From Dehalococcoidia bacterium (GTDB lineage: Bacteria > Chloroflexota > Dehalococcoidia > Plut-88900): a DNA stretch of 64,000 nt. The DNA is taken from assembly GCA_965197585.1 (NCBI GenBank), contig OZ240215.1:1408001-1472000 (forward strand), read 5' to 3'. Below, one piece after another: positions 20,125 through 30,152 of this stretch (the first letter of the stretch is position 1; every line of letters starts with the position of its first letter). The notes below the pieces were generated by a model. It did no database searches and was not told the origin of the DNA. It saw nothing but the letters and a program-made list of their open reading frames with translations. A program made the translations under genes and the position numbers.

Positions 20125-20875
20125 AGTCTAGACCCGACACTCACCTTAAGGAGGTAACCACAACCCAGGGAAGCCCACCCGGCCCCACCCGAGGACTCAA
20201 CGTCTAAGCCCATCCCAAAGGGCGGCCCACAAGCCGCCCCACGGCTCAAGCAAACGACGCCATCTCCTCATCCCCACCGGGTCCCGTGCACCCTTCCCTG
20301 ACCCCCAGGCGATGGAAAGACGCCCTGGTTCGCTATCGTTCCATGTGAACCCCCTCTAAGACGCTTCAGCCTCTTACAGGGAAAATCTCCCTTGGGAGTA
20401 ACCTGCTCTTTAGAGCGGAATTGCAGTCGGATAGGCCCGGCGCCGAGGTCCTCTCGGTGCCCCGACTGCTCAATAAAGCCGGGAGCCGGTGGTCCCTGCG
20501 CTCCGGGTCGCACCGGCAAACTTGGACACATTACACCTGCAAGAGGCTCACGCCGGACGCTGGACGAGCCTCCTTGCCGCCCTTATGCGGTGCAGCCAAC
20601 CCCCGGAGTCGGGCTCGGACCTGCTGGCCCTGTCGGTCCCTTCCCATGTCCAGCGTATACAGGGCCACAGGCCGCAGCAGCGGCAAAAGCGGGCCGGACG
20701 CCCTTGCCCCGGGGCGTCGGAGCACCCGAAGCACATGAACGGGGGCATCGTCCAGCAAGCGTCTTCCATCGTCAACCCAAAACCCAACAGACAGAACTGA
20801 AACCGAACCCCCACAATCGAAGATGCTGCAAGTCCGTCGTAGGCGGGGAACATCCTCCTCTGGAGGATCCGCCAC
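20125..20875 (+). ncRNA. Putative large structured ncRNA, family copy 1
   Basis: No credible ORF. 20148-20316 is homologous to 44176-44342. Long-range helix 20308-20323/20759-20773; many internal hairpins; AACTGAA at 20795; terminal hairpin 20842-20873. Confidence 0.6.
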
Positions 20876-21136
20876 TGGAGGACTGAAGAAAAGGCCAGTG
20901 TGTCACTAATCTGCCGAACGAGTACACTCAATTGAGCCGGAGTCCCATTTGTGATAACCTAGCGCCCGTCGGGGCTTGGAACCATTGGCCCGGGAAAGCG
21001 ACGTCAGACAAGCAATACTACGGTTATTTCCTCGCAATTCCTCCTCCAAGCGGACCTTACCCGACAGGCGAAAGCCAACTACAGCTGAATCCGGCGTTGC
21101 GCCAGGTTCAGACTCACATCATGATGGGGTAAGGCA

Positions 21137-22210
21137 TTGGCTAAGGCCGGAAGGCTAGCCGGTAGCGTCATAGGCGCAATAGTGGCCGCCCTGCTGGGGC
21201 TGGGCATCGGCCTTTCTCTTTCAGAAGCCGGCATATTCGAAGGCTGGAACACCTGGATAACCCTTGGCGCGAGCGTTCTGGGATTTGGGTTTGGACTAAT
21301 TGCCACCGCCCTTGTAATCATCCCTGGAGTGCAAAGGGCAGCCGGGAGCCTCTCGTCCCTTCGGCCGGAAGTTGCCTTCTCGGGGACCGTAGGTGCACTG
21401 GTCGGAGTAGTCCTCTCAGGCGTCTTGATCTACGCCTTTGCGGTGGCATCTCTTGCCTACCCCTGGAATGCCATAACCCCCGGCCTGCTGGTGCTCACAC
21501 TGGCTGGCCTCGGGGGCTGGGCCAGTGCATCCAGGGCCACACAGGTGATCTCCATGCTCGCCCGAGGCACTATCCCGGAAAGGGTCGCCGCCCCGGCATC
21601 CGTTAACGGGGCACAGAACGGGCGCTGCATCCTTGTCGACACGTCCGCGATCATCGATGGACGCATCGCCGAGATCACCCACACCGGTTTCGTAGACGGC
21701 GATCTTCTCATACCTCGATTCGTTCTGGAAGAACTCCAGTACGTCGCAGATTCCCCGGACAGCCTCAAGCGCAATAGAGGCCGCAGGGGTCTCGACGTCC
21801 TCAACCAACTCCAGAAAGACAGTAACGTGGAAGTCCAGATTACCGAGATCGACGTCCCCGACCAGGACGGCGTCGACAGCAAGCTCGTGAGCCTGGCAAA
21901 ACGCTCCGATTACTCACTCCTCACCACCGACTTCAACCTGAACAAGGTCGCCGAGCTTCAGGGCATCAGGGTTCTCAACATCAACGACCTTGCCAACTCC
22001 CTTAAACCAACGCTCATACCCGGTGAGGAGCTGAATCTCCACATCACCCAGGAGGGCAAGGAGGAGACCCAGGGAGTCGGGTTCCTGGACGACGGCACCA
22101 TGGTAGTCGTCGAGGGAGGTCACAAATACCTGAACTCCCAGCTGCCGGTGGTAATCACGCGGGTGCTGCAAACCTCGGCGGGCCGGATAATCTTCGCCCA
22201 CTTGAAATAG
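21137..22210 (+). CDS. PIN/TRAM domain membrane protein (YacL-like)
   Basis: LVDTSAIIDGRI, RGRRGLD, DFNLNKVA, GFLDDGTMVVVE and QTSAGRIIFA motifs; conserved position before ispDF-cysS. Confidence 0.92.
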   Translation: MAKAGRLAGSVIGAIVAALLGLGIGLSLSEAGIFEGWNTWITLGASVLGFGFGLIATALVIIPGVQRAAGSLSSLRPEVAFSGTVGALVGVVLSGVLIYAFAVASLAYPWNAITPGLLVLTLAGLGGWASASRATQVISMLARGTIPERVAAPASVNGAQNGRCILVDTSAIIDGRIAEITHTGFVDGDLLIPRFVLEELQYVADSPDSLKRNRGRRGLDVLNQLQKDSNVEVQITEIDVPDQDGVDSKLVSLAKRSDYSLLTTDFNLNKVAELQGIRVLNINDLANSLKPTLIPGEELNLHITQEGKEETQGVGFLDDGTMVVVEGGHKYLNSQLPVVITRVLQTSAGRIIFAHLK

Positions 22211-22215
22211 GGGCT

Positions 22216-22935
22216 GTGGTAGACCAGGAGCGGCCCCCGGCACCCGACCAGTCCGTCGGCGCTTTGGTCCTCGCCGCGGGGCGCAGCCAGCGAATGCAGG
22301 GTATCGACAAGACCTTCGCCTCCATCTTGGGTAAGCCACTCATCCTCCACACTATTTCCGTTTTTCTCGACTGCCCCGACATCCGGAGGGTTGTACTTGT
22401 CCTACCCGAGCCAAATATCGAAAAGGCCCGCGCTCTGCTTGAAGGGCTCAATAATTCCGGGAAGCTCACGCTGTGCGCCGGAGGTGAAAGGCGGCAGGAC
22501 TCCGCAACCAGGGGCCTCGACACCCTTGGACAGTGTGGCTGGGTCGCCGTTCACGATGGCGCACGCCCTTGCCTTTCCCCTGACATTCTCCAGCGTGCAC
22601 TTGCCGACGCCCGACTTCACGGCAGCGCCGTCGTCGCAGTTCCGGTGACCGACACCGTAAAACGCGCAGATTCCGAAGCCTTCATATCTGCTACCGTGAC
22701 CCGCGAAGGTCTCTGGGCCGTTCAGACTCCCCAGGTATTCCCCTTCGCCGTGTTGGAGCGCGCCTATCGAGAAGTTAGCGATAACGCTACCGACGACGCC
22801 TCAATGGTCGAGCGGCTGGGCGTTAAGATAAAGTTGACTCCCGGTTCTCCGACCAACTTGAAAGTAACCAACCCAGAAGACCTGAAACTCGCCGAGATGA
22901 TCCTCAAGTCCCGGGGCCAGGCCTCAGACAGGTAG
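22216..22935 (+). CDS. ispD: 2-C-methyl-D-erythritol 4-phosphate cytidylyltransferase
   Basis: LAAGRSQRM, GGERRQDS, VHDGARP, QTPQ and TDDAS motifs. Confidence 0.95.
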   Translation: MVDQERPPAPDQSVGALVLAAGRSQRMQGIDKTFASILGKPLILHTISVFLDCPDIRRVVLVLPEPNIEKARALLEGLNNSGKLTLCAGGERRQDSATRGLDTLGQCGWVAVHDGARPCLSPDILQRALADARLHGSAVVAVPVTDTVKRADSEAFISATVTREGLWAVQTPQVFPFAVLERAYREVSDNATDDASMVERLGVKIKLTPGSPTNLKVTNPEDLKLAEMILKSRGQASDR

Positions 22936-22949
22936 CCACTCAGAAAATT

Positions 22950-23438
22950 ATGCGCATAGGAATGGGAATCGACGTTCACGCCCTTGTCGAGGGCCGACCC
23001 CTCATATTGGGTGGCGTCACCGTACCGCACTCTCTCGGACTGTCCGGCCACAGCGACGGAGACGTTCTCACCCACGCCGTGGTCGACGCTCTCCTGGGGG
23101 CGGCGGGGATGGGGGATATCGGGGGCCGGTTCCCGTCCTCCGACGACACCTACAAGGACGCAGACAGCCTGACTTTCCTCTCCGCCATTGCCCCGGAACT
23201 CGCTAAGGCAGGTTGGAGCATCGAAAACGTGGATGCTACAATAATCGCCCAACGGCCCGCCCTTTCCCCATTCGTCAAGGAGATAGCAGCAAACATGGCT
23301 CGGGCCCTGGCCATAGACCCAAACCAGATCAACGTAAAGGCCACAACCAGCGACCGGCTGGGAATAGCCGGCAGAGAAGAAGGGATAGTAGCTTTCGCCG
23401 TGGCTCTCCTGGAACGGCAGAAGCCCCCCGACCGGTAA
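22950..23438 (+). CDS. ispF: 2-C-methyl-D-erythritol 2,4-cyclodiphosphate synthase
   Basis: RIGMGIDVH, GHSDGDV, GDIG and NVKATT motifs. Confidence 0.96.
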   Translation: MRIGMGIDVHALVEGRPLILGGVTVPHSLGLSGHSDGDVLTHAVVDALLGAAGMGDIGGRFPSSDDTYKDADSLTFLSAIAPELAKAGWSIENVDATIIAQRPALSPFVKEIAANMARALAIDPNQINVKATTSDRLGIAGREEGIVAFAVALLERQKPPDR

Positions 23439-23443
23439 CGCCA

Positions 23444-24922
23444 ATGCAAATCTACAACACCCTGACCCGTACTAAAGAGGAGTTCGTCCCCCTGGGCGAC
23501 CCCGTCAAGATGTACGTCTGTGGCATCACTCCTTACTCGGCCTCCCACGTAGGCCACGCCATGAGCTACATCACCTTCGACGTGGTCCGCCGCTACCTCG
23601 AGTGGCGCGGCTACAACGTGCTGCACATCCAGAACTTCACCGACGTCGACGACAAGATAATCGATCGTTCCGCATCCATCGGGTCTTCACCGAAAGACCT
23701 CGCCGAGGGCCTGATCCAGGACTATTTCAACGAGATGGACGCCCTTAACATCAAGCGCGCCCACATCTACCCCCGCGCAACCGAGGAGATCGCCAAAATC
23801 CTCGAGATGACCCAGGGCCTGGTAGAAAACGGGACCGCATACGCAGTCGACGGAGACGTCTACTACCGCATCAGCAGCTACGCCGACTACGGCAAACTCA
23901 GCCACCGCACCCTGGAAGGCATGATGTCCGGGGCACGGATCGAGGTCGACAACCGCAAAGAGCACCCGATGGACTTCGCCCTGTGGAAAGCCGCCAAACC
24001 CGGCGAACCTTCCTGGGAAAGTCCTTGGGGCCCCGGCCGACCCGGCTGGCACATGGAATGCAGCGCCATGTCCCTCAAATATCTCGGGGAGAGATTTGAC
24101 ATCCACGGCGGCGGCCTTGATCTGATATTCCCCCACCACGAAAACGAGATAGCACAGACCGAGGCTTTCACCGGCGTATCCCCTTCCGTACAGTATTGGC
24201 TCCACAATGGCCTGCTCCAACTTGATGATGAGAAGATGAGCAAGTCCCTCGGGAACCTGGTAACCGTCAATGAGGTCCTCGACGGCCATTCCGCCGACGC
24301 CCTACGCCTCTTCTTCCTAGGTTCCCACTACCGCAGCCCTCTCAGCTTCAGCGAACGCGGTCTCGAAGCGATGGAGCGGGGCGCAACCCGCCTTCGGAAC
24401 GCCGCACAGCAGGCGGACGCAGGACAAGGCAACGGGGTTCAAGTCTCCACCGACGGCTACCGTGAGCGATTCATCGAGGCCATGGACGACGATTTCGGCA
24501 CCTCCCAGGCCCTCGCCGCACTGTATGACCTAGCCCGCGACATTAATCGCGGCGCCGACTCAGGCTCGAATGTGGCAGACGCCGTAGTAATGCTTCGGGA
24601 GTTGGCCGGTGTCCTGGGCCTCACCCTCGAAGGCCAGACCGCCGGGTCCGGCGTCGATGACAAGAACTTAGCGGAACTGGTCGAGCAGGTGTCCTCCAAT
24701 TTGGAAGCTGCCGGTCAGATGGAGACTGCAGGACAGCTTTCAGCCAGCCTTTCTGGCGAGAGCTCGGGGCCCGACGATTACGTCAAAATCCTGATAAACG
24801 TGCGGGAAAAACTTCGCAAGAGTCGGGAGTTCGCACTAGCCGACCAGATCCGGGACTCCTTAACTGAAAGGGGCGTTGCCCTCAAGGACTCACCTACCGG
24901 CACCACCTGGGAGTTTGTCTAA
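23444..24922 (+). CDS. cysS: Cysteine--tRNA ligase
   Basis: MQIYNTLT, YVCGITPY, HVGH, GRPGWHMEC and KMSKS motifs. Confidence 0.97.
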   Translation: MQIYNTLTRTKEEFVPLGDPVKMYVCGITPYSASHVGHAMSYITFDVVRRYLEWRGYNVLHIQNFTDVDDKIIDRSASIGSSPKDLAEGLIQDYFNEMDALNIKRAHIYPRATEEIAKILEMTQGLVENGTAYAVDGDVYYRISSYADYGKLSHRTLEGMMSGARIEVDNRKEHPMDFALWKAAKPGEPSWESPWGPGRPGWHMECSAMSLKYLGERFDIHGGGLDLIFPHHENEIAQTEAFTGVSPSVQYWLHNGLLQLDDEKMSKSLGNLVTVNEVLDGHSADALRLFFLGSHYRSPLSFSERGLEAMERGATRLRNAAQQADAGQGNGVQVSTDGYRERFIEAMDDDFGTSQALAALYDLARDINRGADSGSNVADAVVMLRELAGVLGLTLEGQTAGSGVDDKNLAELVEQVSSNLEAAGQMETAGQLSASLSGESSGPDDYVKILINVREKLRKSREFALADQIRDSLTERGVALKDSPTGTTWEFV

Positions 24923-24972
24923 CCGGAGCCCTTGGCCCGCCAACCCGTCCCAAGGCCACTCTTTGAGATTCC

Positions 24973-25419
24973 ATGTACAGGGAAATAGAAGTCCCGCCCA
25001 AGGTTACCCCCGACGACGACTCCGGCTATTTTGAGGAGCTAACCAAAGCCATCTTCCGCTCGGGCTTCTCTTGGCGCGTGGTACGCAATAAATGGGCCAA
25101 TTTCCGGGCGGGGTTCGACGACTTCCACATCTTCAAGGTCGCGGCCTACGGAATTGAGGAGATGGAGCGGCTCTTCCAGGACGAGGGGATCGTCCGCAAC
25201 CGCCGCAAGATCATTGCTACGGTGGAAAACGCCAGAAAGTGTCGGGTAATCGTCGCTGACCACAGCTCCTTCTACAACTACCTCCGCTCCATGGACGAAC
25301 TCGACTACCGGGCCAAGGTGAAGGCCCTCACCAAAGAGTTCTGGGGTCTCGGGAACACGGGCGCTTTCGTATTCCTGCATTGCGTCAACGAAGACACGCC
25401 GACCTGGGATGAGCGTTAG
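24973..25419 (+). CDS. DNA-3-methyladenine glycosylase I-like protein
   Basis: FRSGFSW, GFDDF and GIVRNRRKIIATVENA motifs. Confidence 0.8.
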   Translation: MYREIEVPPKVTPDDDSGYFEELTKAIFRSGFSWRVVRNKWANFRAGFDDFHIFKVAAYGIEEMERLFQDEGIVRNRRKIIATVENARKCRVIVADHSSFYNYLRSMDELDYRAKVKALTKEFWGLGNTGAFVFLHCVNEDTPTWDER

Positions 25420-25439
25420 CTTCTCAACTCCGAATAACA

Positions 25440-25470
25440 ATCGGGCGGCTGGCCAAGCCAACCGCCCGAT
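25440..25470. terminator. Hairpin between convergent genes
   Basis: ATCGGGCGGCTGGC-CAA-GCCAACCGCCCGAT. Confidence 0.6.
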
Positions 25471-25494
25471 GATTCTCTCTTTGGCCCGTTGCGG

Positions 25495-26604
25495 CTATGC
25501 GATATCCAGCCTGTCCTTCACCCACTGGTTAAACCGGAGCACGTGAGGCTCCGCCGGCCCGAGCACTCCCTGCTTGTGGGCCCTTGAGCGAATTCCCTGG
25601 TGGGCAAGCTCACACACCCCGAAGTCCTGCTTATTGAACAGGTCCCAGAAGTCAATGGTGTCGCTGCCATCGAAGTTTGGACTGTCCACCTGCTCCGCAT
25701 CGAAGAAGAACTCGTTGGTTATCTTCGTCCTGTTTGGCCCATCCGGCCACATCACAATGGTCACTACGGATTCAGGCTGGAATGCCAGGACCACATTCGG
25801 ATACAGGGATATGCTCCTGAAAAGTCCCATGTCCTCTTCGATAAGGCCCTTTAGCATCGGGCGATTCGTCCTGCCATCGGCAGTCATGGTCGCCCTTTCA
25901 TCCAGGAACCGCGTTCCCATTATTGAATCCCGGCCCGTCAGGCCGGTCTTGTATATCGGCACCACTTCGCACAGTTCCGGATGGACACTCGGGCAGTGGC
26001 CGCACTCGCTGGCATTCTCCCAGATCTCTTTCCAGTTGGACTTTACATCATAGTGAAACACGTGCCCCGACTTAAGGCTCCCCAATCCGTACCTGGCCAG
26101 AATAGGGTTAAGGTCTCCAAAATCTGCCATAAAGGGCTCGGGATTGGGATCCAGGTTGATGAAAATCAGCCCCTGCCAGACCTCAACCGGCACACGATAG
26201 AGGGGGTAATTCCCCTTGGGCAGGTCGTCCATATACATCTCTTTCGGAATCGCGACAAGGTCCCCGTTCATGCCGTAAGTCCAGCCGTGGTATCCGCAAG
26301 TCAGCGCCCCACCCGGCGCCCGACCGGCTTCTTGTGTGCAAATTCTCGATCCACGGTGTCGGCAAACGTTGTAGAAGGCATGGACCTGCATGTCCCGGTC
26401 TCGGGTAATGACGATGCTCTCGTCGCAGATGGTGCGGACAACATAGTCGCCGGGTTCCGGCAAGTTACTGTCGTGGGCCACAAAGAGCCACGACTTGTAG
26501 AAGATGCGCTCTTTCTCAAGCTCGTAGATGTCGGGGCCCCAGTAGTAGCGGCTTGGAAGCGTCTTCCCTATCTCGGACGATTCCCTGACTATCTGACCTA
26601 CCAT
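25495..26604 (-). CDS. Rieske non-heme iron oxygenase alpha subunit (GbcA / choline monooxygenase-like)
   Basis: CRHRG...CGYHGW Rieske motif; NWK..ENASECGHCPSVHP mononuclear Fe site. Confidence 0.88.
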   Translation of the reverse strand: MVGQIVRESSEIGKTLPSRYYWGPDIYELEKERIFYKSWLFVAHDSNLPEPGDYVVRTICDESIVITRDRDMQVHAFYNVCRHRGSRICTQEAGRAPGGALTCGYHGWTYGMNGDLVAIPKEMYMDDLPKGNYPLYRVPVEVWQGLIFINLDPNPEPFMADFGDLNPILARYGLGSLKSGHVFHYDVKSNWKEIWENASECGHCPSVHPELCEVVPIYKTGLTGRDSIMGTRFLDERATMTADGRTNRPMLKGLIEEDMGLFRSISLYPNVVLAFQPESVVTIVMWPDGPNRTKITNEFFFDAEQVDSPNFDGSDTIDFWDLFNKQDFGVCELAHQGIRSRAHKQGVLGPAEPHVLRFNQWVKDRLDIA

Positions 26605-26629
26605 AGCGATTCCTCCGTGTGAACCCGGT

Positions 26630-27469
26630 TCACAGTAAAACTCGCTCCAGGACTACATCGCTTCCCACTCGGGCCCCGGTCCGGGCCGCCGCATTGCCGT
26701 TTCGCTCCGCTATCTCCACGTATCCCGCGCTGCCTACTAGAGGGAATAGGTCTTCTCCCTCGGCAAAAGTACGTGCAAGAGCACTGATGGGAAGTTTGTC
26801 AACCATAGCCCTCACTGCGCCTTCAGGCAACTGGTCTGCGCGTATGCTTGTTATGAGGTTGCCATACCTGTCCACGTGCACCACCTCGCCTACTACCCTA
26901 CCCTGTTCATCGACCTTAGCCGAAGGCCGAGGAAAGGCCAGCACCGACGTAATCGGCTCACCCATGTCTGCAATCTCAACATCCGGCAGTTGGGACGCGA
27001 CCGGGGCGAAGATGTCCCGGCCGTGGAAGGTGTTGCTTACTTCCAGAAGCCAATAACGTGAATCCGTCAACCGGACACCCTCGAAACCCTCTGGTAGGGG
27101 ACACGGGTGGGCTTGATCGTCATCTTCGGACACCGGCGCCTCGTCTTCAGTCCAGACATCGGCTAGTACGTGGCTGAAAACGCCGTTGTCCGGGCCTACG
27201 AAGAACTGGCCCATCCCGCTGAGGCACAGCGCATTTCGCTCAGTCCCAACCCCGGGGTCAACCACCACAAGATGGACGGTATCCTTGGGAAAGTACTTGT
27301 ACGACATCCCCAGGACGAAAGCCGCGCTCTTCACGTTGCCGGGCTCAATATCGTGGGTTATGTCTACTATCTGGGCCTGCGGGCTGATCGCCAGAACAAC
27401 ACCCTTCATCATGCCGACGTAGCCGTCGCTCAGCCCGAAGTCCGTGATCAGCGTTACTATCGAGGCCAA
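26630..27469 (-). CDS. SAM hydroxide adenosyltransferase / chlorinase-fluorinase family (DUF62)
   Basis: LITDFG, VVVDPGVGT, GPDNG, SNTFHGRDIFAP and DRYGN motifs. Confidence 0.92.
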   Translation of the reverse strand: MASIVTLITDFGLSDGYVGMMKGVVLAISPQAQIVDITHDIEPGNVKSAAFVLGMSYKYFPKDTVHLVVVDPGVGTERNALCLSGMGQFFVGPDNGVFSHVLADVWTEDEAPVSEDDDQAHPCPLPEGFEGVRLTDSRYWLLEVSNTFHGRDIFAPVASQLPDVEIADMGEPITSVLAFPRPSAKVDEQGRVVGEVVHVDRYGNLITSIRADQLPEGAVRAMVDKLPISALARTFAEGEDLFPLVGSAGYVEIAERNGNAAARTGARVGSDVVLERVLL

Positions 27470-27524
27470 TTGATTAGCGCAGTTACTGCTCGATGACTAG
27501 TTCGGGCCGAGGGACGCGGGCCTG

Positions 27525-27740
27525 TCAGGAAAAGCGCACACTGAGAAATGAGATGAGGATAAATACGGCGATCAGGCCGATGGTAACCTGAAAAAGGGTC
27601 TTCTCCAACCCGCGGCGTGTGCGGAAACCCGTGCTGGCCCCGCCGAACACTCCACCCATCCCTTGCCCCTTCACCTGGAGCAGGATCACCGCAACCAGGG
27701 CCACCGAAATAATTATCTGGACTACGTTTAGCAATGACAT
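27525..27740 (-). CDS. secG: Preprotein translocase subunit SecG
   Basis: Two TM helices; ILLQVKGQGMGGVFGG and RRGLEKTL motifs. Confidence 0.92.
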   Translation of the reverse strand: MSLLNVVQIIISVALVAVILLQVKGQGMGGVFGGASTGFRTRRGLEKTLFQVTIGLIAVFILISFLSVRFS

Positions 27741-27775
27741 GTAGATAACGCCTTACGATCTCGCCCATTCGCGGG

Positions 27776-29290
27776 CTATTTCATACGCTCCCTGAGAAGC
27801 TCGTTCACTTTTGCCGGGTTCGCTTTGCCCCGGGTCGCCTTCATAACCTGGCCTACCAGGAATCCAATCGCTCGGGCGTTCCCTGCCGCAAAGTCAGCCA
27901 CCGCTTGCGGATTTTGAGCCAGCGCCTCATCAACCACTGCGGATATTTCCCCTGAATCCGTAATCTGCACCAGTCCCCTATCCTTAACGATGTCCGAAGC
28001 AGCCTTGCCGGTCTCGTACATCTCCTGGAATACGTCCTTGGCCATCTTCCCGGAAAGGGTGCTGTCATCTACCAGGTCGATTAGCTTAGAAAGGCCTGAG
28101 GGAGAAATCTTGGCTTGGCCTATGTCTTCTCCGGCAGCGTTAAGGTGCTGTGAGAAGTCTCCCAGCAGCCACACCCCCACGTCCCGTGCCCTCTTCCCCG
28201 CTTTGCCATTCTTGCTTTCGTTACTGCAAGCGACAGCCTCTTCGAAGAAGTCAGCCATCGCCTTGTTGTTGACCAGGGTATCGGCGTCCTTGGGCTGAAG
28301 GCCAAAATCCGAGATGAATCTCTCGACACGGGCTTCCGGCAGCTCCGGGAGCCGAGCCCTGATTTCATCGACCCAGGCAGGGTCGATTTTCATTGCAGGT
28401 AGGTCGGGTTCCGGGAAGTACCTGTAGTCGTGGGCGTATTCCTTGCTCCGCTGGGACACCGTGATTCCCTTGTCTTCCACCCAACCCCGGGTCTCCTGGT
28501 GAATCGGAAGCCCTTCCGAAGTGGCCCGCACCTGCCGTTCGAACTCGTATCTGAGAGCTCGATACACGGCGCGAAAGCTGTTCATGTTCTTAACTTCGAC
28601 CTTCGATTGAAGGCCGGTCGAGCCCCGGGGCCTTATGCTAATGTTGGCGTCGCAGCGGAAGCTGCCTTCTTCCATGTTGCCCGTCGAAACGCCCAGATAT
28701 TGCAAAATGGTGCGCAGCTTTACGAGGTACTGACGCGCTTCTTCGGCTGAACGCAGGTCGGGCTCCCCGACTATCTCCATGAGCGGCGTGCCTGACCGGT
28801 TCACGTCCACCCGAGACCAGCGCTCACCGCCATCCCCATCCACGTGCATTAGTTTCGCCGTGTCTTCTTCAAGGTGCACCCTGGTCAGCCTCGCGTTCCT
28901 GATTCCATCCTCAGCCTCCACGGACAGCCAGCCACCCCCGCAAAGAGGCATGTCGAACTGGGAAATCTGGTATCCCTTCATCAGGTCCGGGTAGGGATAG
29001 TTCTTCCGGTCGAACTTCGTATGCTCGGCAATGGTGCTGTTGAGTGCAAGACCGGTCATGATTGCGTATTCCACCGCCTTGCGATTAATGACAGGAAGGG
29101 TTCCCGGCATCCCGAGACATACGGGGCAGACCCGGGAGTTGGGATCGGTGTCCGTGTAGGCTGACGCGCAGCCACAGAACATCTTGCTCCGGGTCTTGAG
29201 TTGGGAGTGTACTTCCAGTCCGATTACTGCCTCAAACTTATCGAGAGGCAGGTCTTTAGTCTGGACAGTGGCCGTTTTGGTAGTAGTCAA
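27776..29290 (-). CDS. gatB: Asp/Glu-tRNA amidotransferase subunit B
   Basis: IGLEVHSQL, FDRKNYPYPD, HLEED, RCDANIS and YRYFPEPDL motifs. Confidence 0.97.
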   Translation of the reverse strand: MTTTKTATVQTKDLPLDKFEAVIGLEVHSQLKTRSKMFCGCASAYTDTDPNSRVCPVCLGMPGTLPVINRKAVEYAIMTGLALNSTIAEHTKFDRKNYPYPDLMKGYQISQFDMPLCGGGWLSVEAEDGIRNARLTRVHLEEDTAKLMHVDGDGGERWSRVDVNRSGTPLMEIVGEPDLRSAEEARQYLVKLRTILQYLGVSTGNMEEGSFRCDANISIRPRGSTGLQSKVEVKNMNSFRAVYRALRYEFERQVRATSEGLPIHQETRGWVEDKGITVSQRSKEYAHDYRYFPEPDLPAMKIDPAWVDEIRARLPELPEARVERFISDFGLQPKDADTLVNNKAMADFFEEAVACSNESKNGKAGKRARDVGVWLLGDFSQHLNAAGEDIGQAKISPSGLSKLIDLVDDSTLSGKMAKDVFQEMYETGKAASDIVKDRGLVQITDSGEISAVVDEALAQNPQAVADFAAGNARAIGFLVGQVMKATRGKANPAKVNELLRERMK

Positions 29291-29383
29291 CGTCTATCTG
29301 GGTATGAAACTTGTTAATTCAGTATAGCATCGGCCCCCGACCCTAACAACGCGCATAGTCCCGCACCCTACCTGGGACTGGCC

Positions 29384-30040
29384 TCAACTCTTCCACGCCC
29401 CGTCTCCGATAAGCGGGACGAAACGACACTGGGCCAACCCCTTGACCCTGGGCTTGCTCTTTCGCCTTTCAATGAGTTTCAGGTCCTGCACCTCCCTGTC
29501 ACCGACGGGGAGCACCATCTTCCCACCCACCGCCAGCTGCTCCATCAGCACATCCGGTATCCGCGGCGCCGCCGCCGACACCACAATCGCATCATACGGC
29601 GCAAGCTCCGGGTACCCCAATTGCCCTTCCACCCACTCCACCCGGACGTTGCTGAACCCAAGTTGATCCAATCGCACACGGGCATCCCGCGCCAGTTCCG
29701 GCACCCGTTCCACTGTCACCACTCTAGCCGACAGCTGTGCCAGCAGGGCCGTCTGGTACCCGCTCCCCGTCCCAACCTCCAGCACTGACTCGTTTCCATT
29801 TAGAGACAATGCTTGCAGCATCAGGGCCACTATGTATGGCTGGGATATGGTCTGACCGAAGCCTATGGGCAGCGGGTGGTCCCTATAGACGAACTCACGC
29901 GAGACCATCGGTACGAATGCTTCCCGGGGAGTGCGGGCAAAGGCGTCGAGGACTCTTCGGTCTTTTATTCTGGAGGCGAGGTCGTTCATCATCCCTTGTT
30001 GGGCGATGTCCAATGCACCCCAGTCCCCATTTTGAGCCAC
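29384..30040 (-). CDS. pcm: Protein-L-isoaspartate O-methyltransferase
   Basis: GQTISQPY, LEVGTGSGY, APYDAI and RFVPL motifs; GTG 30040 follows GAGGT. Confidence 0.93.
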   Translation of the reverse strand: MAQNGDWGALDIAQQGMMNDLASRIKDRRVLDAFARTPREAFVPMVSREFVYRDHPLPIGFGQTISQPYIVALMLQALSLNGNESVLEVGTGSGYQTALLAQLSARVVTVERVPELARDARVRLDQLGFSNVRVEWVEGQLGYPELAPYDAIVVSAAAPRIPDVLMEQLAVGGKMVLPVGDREVQDLKLIERRKSKPRVKGLAQCRFVPLIGDGAWKS

Positions 30041-30152
30041 GTTTACCTCACCCCCTGGCCCGAGTCGGTGATTCAATTAGAGTGTACCAACGCAGGTGCG
30101 TCTCCGCACCGGTGCTATAATCTCGAGACCCATCCCGTACAGGAGTGTCGAT

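Noticed and set aside
20125-20875. Element as RNase P RNA, tmRNA, group II intron or T-box
   Set aside because: No GAGGAAAGTCC/P4 motif, no tRNA-like GGGG...CCA ends, no GUGYG or domain V, and no T-box sequence found by eye.
20268-21158. Several overlapping 60-164 aa ORFs on both strands
   Set aside because: No SD or domain support; composition typical of spurious ORFs; the region is better explained by RNA structure.
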